Assembly: GCA_902535975.1 (NCBI GenBank)
Contig: CACAVP010000001.1
Coordinates: 6,352 to 70,351 of the forward strand
Length of the DNA: 64,000 bases
Reading direction: 5' to 3'
From: an uncultured Gammaproteobacteria bacterium
Lineage (GTDB): Bacteria; Pseudomonadota; Gammaproteobacteria; GCA-002705445; GCA-002716945
Positions 60,034-64,000 of this stretch are shown one piece after another. The notes below the pieces were generated by a model, which saw only the letters and a list, made by a program, of their open reading frames with translations, was not told the origin of the DNA and did no database searches. Position 1 is the first letter of the stretch. Each line of letters opens with the position of its first letter. The translations under genes were made by a program, and so were the position numbers.

Positions 60034-60106
60034 AGCGGGAAACGGGGCTCAAACCCGCGACCTCAACCTTGGCAAGGTTGCGCTCTATCAACTGAGCTAT
60101 TCCCGC
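60034..60106 (-). tRNA. tRNA-Gly (anticodon GCC)
   Basis: Reverse complement GCGGGAATAGCTCAGTTGATAGAGCGCAACCTTGCCAAGGTTGAGGTCGCGGGTTTGAGCCCCGTTTCCCGCT, near-identical to E. coli glyW. Confidence 0.85.
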
Positions 60107-60113
60107 AAATAAA

Positions 60114-60671
60114 CTAGCTTAGTATATCATCCCAAGCGTTTCTTACATAATAAATGAATGATATCACTGTTAAAACTGCAGCTATGAATAATAGCAATAT
60201 GCCAATAATATGTAAATCTATAGCGCCTAATGCAGTATTGGAATGAAGTAAACTAAATAATGCCAACATCTGAAAACCTGTCTTGATTTTCCCAAGATTA
60301 TTAACTTTTAGCGGTACATTGCTTTTCAACTCGGCCAATCTTTGCCTAATTGCGATTACGAGGAACTCTCTAGAAATGATGATTAATGATGACAAGATAA
60401 AAATAATAGAATCGAGTGATCTTGCTAGCAGAAAAATTGTTATAACAACCAAAAGTTTATCAGCTATAGGGTCGAGAAATGCTCCAAAAGCTGTAGTTTG
60501 GTTAAAGTTTCTTGCAACAAAGCCATCGAGATAATCTGTGATTAGTGCTAACAAAAAAATATAAGCAGAGATATCTCTGTATTTTCCATCATCCAGAATA
60601 AAGAAAAATACAATCAGAGGAATAAAGACTATTCTTGATATTGTAAGTATTGTAGCAACATTTAATTTCAT
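60114..60671 (-). CDS. pgsA: CDP-diacylglycerol--glycerol-3-phosphate 3-phosphatidyltransferase
   Basis: DG..AR........G..LDP.ADK CDP-alcohol phosphatidyltransferase motif. 185 aa. Confidence 0.85.
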   Translation of the reverse strand: MKLNVATILTISRIVFIPLIVFFFILDDGKYRDISAYIFLLALITDYLDGFVARNFNQTTAFGAFLDPIADKLLVVITIFLLARSLDSIIFILSSLIIISREFLVIAIRQRLAELKSNVPLKVNNLGKIKTGFQMLALFSLLHSNTALGAIDLHIIGILLLFIAAVLTVISFIYYVRNAWDDILS

Positions 60672-62467
60672 TTATGAATACTCATATATATATTTGTTGC
60701 CAACTTTTCACTTATACCGCTAACCTGTTTTAAATCCCTTATTGAAGCTTTCAAAACTCCTTGTATTCCTCCAAAATGATTGATGATTATTTTTTTTCTC
60801 TCATCCCCTATGCCTGGTATCCCATCAAGTTTAGAATTAAACATAAGTTTGTTATGTCTCTTTCGTTGATTAAGTATTGCAAATCGATGAGCTTCGTCTC
60901 TGATAGATTGTATTAAAGTAAGTGTCTCTTGATTAATATTATTTGTAATATCGCTATTTATATTATTCAGTATCTTATCATTTTTACTTAAACGATTTAG
61001 GCCTTTATGAATACCAATAATATTTACATTTTTACATTCAAGTGCCTCAACTACTTTCTTCGCTTGTGTTATCTGTCCTTTGCCTCCATCGACAATAATT
61101 AACATATGAGATGATTCAAAGCTTTCAAGTTTTAATAATCTACGTCTTATAATTTCTTTTAAGGCAGCATAATCATCAGATTTTTTTGTATTAACAATAT
61201 TGTATTTTCTATAGTTTTTTTTATCAAAACCATCTTTATCATAATAAATAGCAGATCCAACTGCCGAACTACCACTAATGTGACTCACATCGAAACATAA
61301 TATGAAATCTACATTTATTTTAAGCTGTGTATTTAAGTTTTTAAGGAGATTTTGGTCTTTTTTAATAGTTCTAAGCGATCTGTTAAATAAATTTGTAGAA
61401 CATAAATTCATGAATTCAGTGTACTTCTTGTCTATTCTGTTTAATATTTTTGAGTTTTGCTGATATTTTTTATTTATTACGGATTCGATATTATCTTTAT
61501 CAAGAATCTTATCCTTAGAAATTATTAGATTTGGAGGAACATGTGTTAGATAATATTGTTTAAAAAAAGAAGTAAGGGTCTCATTAATATTTTCATAATT
61601 ACTTTTTGAGAATATATAGTTTTTACAACCCATGTTAACTCCATTTCTTATAATATTAATGTCTACGAGTAATTTAGATTCATTTTCATAGCCTAAAATA
61701 AAATCTATGCTTTGATTTTCAGGAAAAATTGAGTAATGGCTTGCTATGTCTCTAACAAGAGCAATATTATCCCTGAATTTTGCTGCGAGTTCATAATTTT
61801 TATTTTCTGATGCAACTGCCATCTCCTCTTCCATTTTCTCAAACAAAGATGAGGTTTCACCTTTAAGAAACATGACTGCGCTCTCTACACTTTTTTTATA
61901 CTCTGATTTATCTATCAAGCCAACACAAGGTCCTGAGCATCTTTTTATTTGATACTGTAAACATGGTTTCTTTCTAGATCTATAATAGCTATCCTCACAT
62001 AAACGTACTAAAAATGTTTTTTGTAATATAGCAAGAATTTTACGAACATTACTTACATGTGTATATGGACCAAATAGTTGTTCATCCTTGTCTGCTGTAC
62101 CCCTGTAAAATTTAAAGCCTGGATAATCATGAGTTTTGTTCATATAAATGTATGGATATGATTTATCATCACGCAGAAGGATATTATATTTCGGCTTGTA
62201 CTCTTTTATTAAATTATTCTCTAGTAACAGCGCATCCTGCTCATTGGAGGTTATCTGATAATCTATGTCTTTAATTTTATGAATAAGTCGCTGATTCTTC
62301 AGTGATTGATTAGATTTGGTAAAGTAAGATGAGACTCTTTTCTTTAAATTACCTGCTTTGCCTATATATAGTATGGTTCTGCTATCATCCAGCATCTTGT
62401 AAACACCTGGAGCAGTTGGGAGATTTTTTAATAGTGATTTATCCATAATAACTAAGTTTAATTGCAC
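60668..62467 (-). CDS. uvrC: excinuclease ABC subunit C
   Basis: N-terminal GIY-YIG (GVYKM...LYIGKA). UvrBC-interacting region. C-terminal RNaseH-like/HhH domain. Confidence 0.9.
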   Translation of the reverse strand: MQLNLVIMDKSLLKNLPTAPGVYKMLDDSRTILYIGKAGNLKKRVSSYFTKSNQSLKNQRLIHKIKDIDYQITSNEQDALLLENNLIKEYKPKYNILLRDDKSYPYIYMNKTHDYPGFKFYRGTADKDEQLFGPYTHVSNVRKILAILQKTFLVRLCEDSYYRSRKKPCLQYQIKRCSGPCVGLIDKSEYKKSVESAVMFLKGETSSLFEKMEEEMAVASENKNYELAAKFRDNIALVRDIASHYSIFPENQSIDFILGYENESKLLVDINIIRNGVNMGCKNYIFSKSNYENINETLTSFFKQYYLTHVPPNLIISKDKILDKDNIESVINKKYQQNSKILNRIDKKYTEFMNLCSTNLFNRSLRTIKKDQNLLKNLNTQLKINVDFILCFDVSHISGSSAVGSAIYYDKDGFDKKNYRKYNIVNTKKSDDYAALKEIIRRRLLKLESFESSHMLIIVDGGKGQITQAKKVVEALECKNVNIIGIHKGLNRLSKNDKILNNINSDITNNINQETLTLIQSIRDEAHRFAILNQRKRHNKLMFNSKLDGIPGIGDERKKIIINHFGGIQGVLKASIRDLKQVSGISEKLATNIYMSIHK

Positions 62468-63023
62468 GTAAAAAAATCTTTTTTAACATACGTTTGTTGA
62501 TTTTATGTGTATTAATATTTAATTTACTACAATGATACGAGGATATTAATTTTATTTTCTCATTTAATTTTAATACGTTACCATGTTGAAATTTATGAGT
62601 ATTATATTTGATATCATATAGTTTGATTATTTGTCTATATGCCACCTCACCAAGAGCGATAATTACCTTTAGGTTCTGTAGCCTTGATAATTCATGAAAA
62701 TTATAAACTTGGCAATTATTTTTTTCAGCAGTTAACGGTAAATTCTTTTCTGGATAGCACCTTACAACATTTGTAATAAAATACTCATCAATTTCCAACT
62801 CTTCAATTATCTCCCTGATGAGTTGTCCTGAAAAATCAGCAGTAAATGGAATGCCTGTTTTATTTGCACCATGTAAACCAGGGGCAAGTCCGAAAACACA
62901 TATTCTGGAATTCAAACTTCCTGTTCCCCACACGGGTTTGCAATGATAACCGGGGTACTTATTTTTGATTTCTTGAAGATGTTTTTTGATACGCCCACAC
63001 AGTGTGCATTCTGTTTCGTACAT
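62439..63023 (-). CDS. uracil-DNA glycosylase superfamily protein (family 4/5-like)
   Basis: GLAPGLHGANKTGIPFT motif and an N-terminal Cys cluster. Confidence 0.6.
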   Translation of the reverse strand: MYETECTLCGRIKKHLQEIKNKYPGYHCKPVWGTGSLNSRICVFGLAPGLHGANKTGIPFTADFSGQLIREIIEELEIDEYFITNVVRCYPEKNLPLTAEKNNCQVYNFHELSRLQNLKVIIALGEVAYRQIIKLYDIKYNTHKFQHGNVLKLNEKIKLISSYHCSKLNINTHKINKRMLKKIFLRAIKLSYYG

Positions 63024-63962
63024 CTAGAACCTCAACAAAATTGATCCCCATGTAAATCCAGCACCAAAAGCCTCCATCATGATATAGTCACCTGATTTGA
63101 ATGTATTTTTAGTATTAGCATCATCAAATGCTAGAGGGATTGATGCAGCTGAGGTATTTCCATGCTTATTTACGGTAATAATAATTTTATCATGTGACAA
63201 ACTTATCTTCTTAGCAATAGCTAAGATTATTCTTTCATTGGCCTGATGTGGTACAAGCCAGTCAAGCTGTCCCTGCTCAAGATTATTTAATTCGAGTGTA
63301 TGTTTTGCCAATTGGCCAAGTGTATTTACTGCTGTTTTGAAAACATCACTGCCTTTCATTTCAATGTATTCTAAATCTGTATTAACTGTTAATAAATCCT
63401 TATACGATCCATCAGAACCTATAGTGCTTGATAAAATTCCAGCAGTATCAGAACTGCCCACTATCATGGCTCCTGCCCCATCACCAAATAATACACACGT
63501 GTTCCTATCTGTCCAATCTAGTAGCGAGGTGATCTTCTCAGTACCTACTACTAACGCATATTTTACTTGTTTAGACTCAATGTATTTCTTTGCAATGTCT
63601 AAGGCATAAACAAAGCCAGTACATGCTGCATTCAAATCAACCGAAAAGGCATTTTTTATATTAAGTCTATTTTGGAGGAGAACTGCAGTACTAGGGAATT
63701 TTCTTTCAGGTGTACAAGTAGCTAAAAATATTGCGCCTATCTCATCTTTTTTTAATCCAGACTTATTAATTGCATCTATCGATGCCTGATAAGCCATATC
63801 TACAGACGTCTCGTCATCAGATGATACTCTTCGCTCTTTGATGCCAGTTCTTTCTGTTATCCACTCATCAGTGGTATCTACGATACTCTCAAGCTCTTTA
63901 TTAGTTAAAATCTTTTCCGGAAGATAGCTACCACTAGATATTATTTTTGTAAATTTACTCAT
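63024..63962 (-). CDS. fabH: 3-oxoacyl-ACP synthase III
   Basis: KAS III: active Cys in AACTGF, HQAN, and NTSAASIP C-terminal motifs. Confidence 0.85.
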   Translation of the reverse strand: MSKFTKIISSGSYLPEKILTNKELESIVDTTDEWITERTGIKERRVSSDDETSVDMAYQASIDAINKSGLKKDEIGAIFLATCTPERKFPSTAVLLQNRLNIKNAFSVDLNAACTGFVYALDIAKKYIESKQVKYALVVGTEKITSLLDWTDRNTCVLFGDGAGAMIVGSSDTAGILSSTIGSDGSYKDLLTVNTDLEYIEMKGSDVFKTAVNTLGQLAKHTLELNNLEQGQLDWLVPHQANERIILAIAKKISLSHDKIIITVNKHGNTSAASIPLAFDDANTKNTFKSGDYIMMEAFGAGFTWGSILLRF

Positions 63963-64000
63963 TCAGCTCCCTACTAGTATATTCTCTAATGCTATCAATT

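Noticed and set aside
1-64000. CRISPR arrays, toxin-antitoxin pairs, restriction-modification or other defence systems
   Set aside because: No spaced direct repeats, no Cas-like, methylase, endonuclease or small convergent toxin/antitoxin ORF pairs were recognisable anywhere in the window.

Overview
AT-rich gammaproteobacterial chromosomal window. Gene order resembles Pseudomonas and E. coli (alaS-lysC-csrA-tRNASer; dnaK-dnaJ-dapB; fabD-fabG-acpP-fabF-pabC-tmk-holB; uvrC-pgsA-tRNAGly-tRNACys-tRNALeu). The first ~23 kb is housekeeping: the heat-shock operon hrcA-grpE-dnaK-dnaJ with a sigma32-type promoter, the fatty-acid synthesis cluster, ispG, lysC, csrA, and two photolyase-family genes plus a DUF393 gene (a UV and light-response module). 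From ~23.7 kb to ~59.9 kb lies a ~36 kb surface-polysaccharide (O-antigen or capsule-like) biosynthesis island, mostly minus-strand and visibly more AT-rich. It sits between a tungstate-type ABC transporter and the conserved tRNA(Gly-Cys-Leu)-pgsA-uvrC block. The initiating polyprenyl-phosphate sugar phosphotransferase gene lies inside the tRNA cluster itself. The island encodes parts of at least four nucleotide-sugar routes. These are dTDP-rhamnose (rmlB, C and D, with no rmlA), CDP-6-deoxyhexose (ddhA/rfbF and ddhB/rfbG) with a YerE-like TPP-dependent branching enzyme, GDP-mannose (manC), and GDP-glycero-manno-heptose (gmhA, hddA, hddC) with a Gmd-like dehydratase, an Fcl-like reductase and a GT75/RGP-like putative pyranose-furanose mutase. 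It also carries a NeuB-family synthase, formate-THF ligase, several GT2 enzymes, two Gtr-like sets (GtrA flippase plus polyprenyl-P sugar synthase plus large polytopic membrane transferases), a Wzy/ligase, a kinase-like/SAM-methyltransferase fusion next to an alkaline-phosphatase-superfamily membrane transferase, and a sub-operon of a 3-dehydroquinate-synthase-like sugar-phosphate cyclase with an ASKHA-like kinase and an SDR. That last trio looks like a C7-cyclitol (carbasugar) toolkit and has no described role in cell-surface glycan loci. It is the most likely previously undescribed system in this window. No CRISPR, IS elements, integrases or obvious defence systems were seen.
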